Shown here one piece after another: positions 51,286-52,023 of a stretch of DNA of 52,023 nucleotides. Each line of letters begins with the position of its first letter. The stretch's first letter is position 1. The position numbers and the translations under genes are program-made. The notes beneath the pieces are model-generated. The model was not told where the DNA came from. It saw only the letters and a program-made list of their open reading frames with translations, and ran no database searches. This stretch comes from Bigelowiella natans CCMP2755 (lineage: Eukaryota > Protista > Cercozoa): the NCBI GenBank assembly GCA_000320545.1, contig ADNK01003097.1:1-52023 (forward strand). The letters run 5' to 3'.

Positions 51286-51290
51286 TGCGC

Positions 51291-52023
51291 TGTTGCGCGT
51301 AAGGTGTTCACAGGCCGAGGCGCTACGTGCACAAGTAGGCAGGGGGGGGGAAAGGCACGTTTGCTTCCTTTTGAAGAGTTGTGTTTATTTTTATTAAAGA
51401 TTATATTTTTATTAAATCGTGCACTGCGTAATCATTCGCGAAGCTTTCGCGAATGCCGCCGCACGTGGGGCAGCACACTTCCGGTGTGCTGCCATGAGTC
51501 CCGCCGGAACCCACGTGCCTATGCTGTATTAATATCTACGTTATCTATATTCTATATCCGCGACAACCCCTTTGTTGTCGCACGTGACTTGTGCCCGCGT
51601 AGTGGTACGCGCTACACCTCCCCCAAGTCACGTTGCTCCTTCCTTCCTTCCTTATTCCCTTAGACCTTCATCGCTTTCGGAACTTCACCAACCACCAGGT
51701 AATAGATTCCTCTCTAACCTTATCTCCTTTGTCGCTTACCCAGAACTCACCTTCGTCCTTAGGTTCGTGTCCATACCAGCCCTCTGCATCAAGGTCCCCC
51801 AGGACCTTATACCAGTGCTCAAAGGGTAAGTCGGGAACAGCTAGGTAGAGTAGCTGATATTTTCCGTCCTTTATTTTCATAGCTACCCTCTCCATATTTC
51901 GTAATCCAGGGTAGCCTAGATAGACAATCTTCATGCGCCAATCGTCGTTCACCCTGACCTTATTGTTTCCATATTCCACATCGAACTTAGGTCGGGGTCC
52001 TAAACAAGGCATTGCTCGCTCCC
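51291..52023 (-). mobile_element. 3' end of an LTR retrotransposon: internal ORF end, polypurine tract and 3' LTR (51616-51291)
   Basis: On the minus strand GGGGGAGG (PPT, 51624-51617) directly precedes TGTAG...CAACA, which is the same LTR as 47680-48005. The upstream ORF runs off the window edge. Confidence 0.88.
51668..52023 (-). CDS. C-terminal end of a retrotransposon-internal ORF of unrecognised domain type
   Basis: The frame is open from the window edge to the stop at 51668, about 45 bp before the PPT. No RT, RNase H or integrase motif is visible in this part. Confidence 0.65.
   Translation of the reverse strand, partial: ERAMPCLGPRPKFDVEYGNNKVRVNDDWRMKIVYLGYPGLRNMERVAMKIKDGKYQLLYLAVPDLPFEHWYKVLGDLDAEGWYGHEPKDEGEFWVSDKGDKVREESITWWLVKFRKR

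Noticed and set aside
47680-51616. A single foldback/Pack-MULE-like element with 326-bp TIRs carrying a kinase
   Set aside because: The outer flanks share no TSD. The left copy has its own TGTG TSD and splits the hAT TSD, and the right copy has a PPT. They are two separate LTRs.

Overview
Gene-dense eukaryotic nuclear DNA with many spliceosomal introns, often filled with microsatellites. Several genes carry bipartite leaders (signal peptide plus transit-like peptide), and there is a CURT1 thylakoid gene. Together these point to an alga with a secondary plastid, most likely a chlorarachniophyte (inference). Genes reconstructed by eye: MGAT5/GT18-like glycosyltransferase, Tas-like aldo-keto reductase, GH3 beta-xylosidase with about 30 or more exons, LRR/LRRcap protein, Golgi-type sulfotransferase, truncated papain-family protease, GCN5-like acetyltransferase, aminopeptidase P, plastid-type K+ channel, CURT1, a signal-peptide protein kinase, and several hypothetical proteins. 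The last 6 kb is a nest of mobile elements: a non-autonomous hAT element with an 8-bp TSD, a solo LTR inserted into its right junction, a degenerate MITE, and the 3' end of an LTR retrotransposon. The most striking signal is a set of discrete tracts, over old repeats and spreading into gene 3' ends, that have lost nearly all TpA while keeping CpG. Surviving TpA sits mostly in CTAG, and Tyr codons appear converted to His or Cys. This suggests a strand-symmetric TpA>TpG/CpA (A-to-G) hypermutation process that differs from RIP, 5mC decay and ADAR editing. All exon boundaries and dinucleotide counts are manual and approximate.
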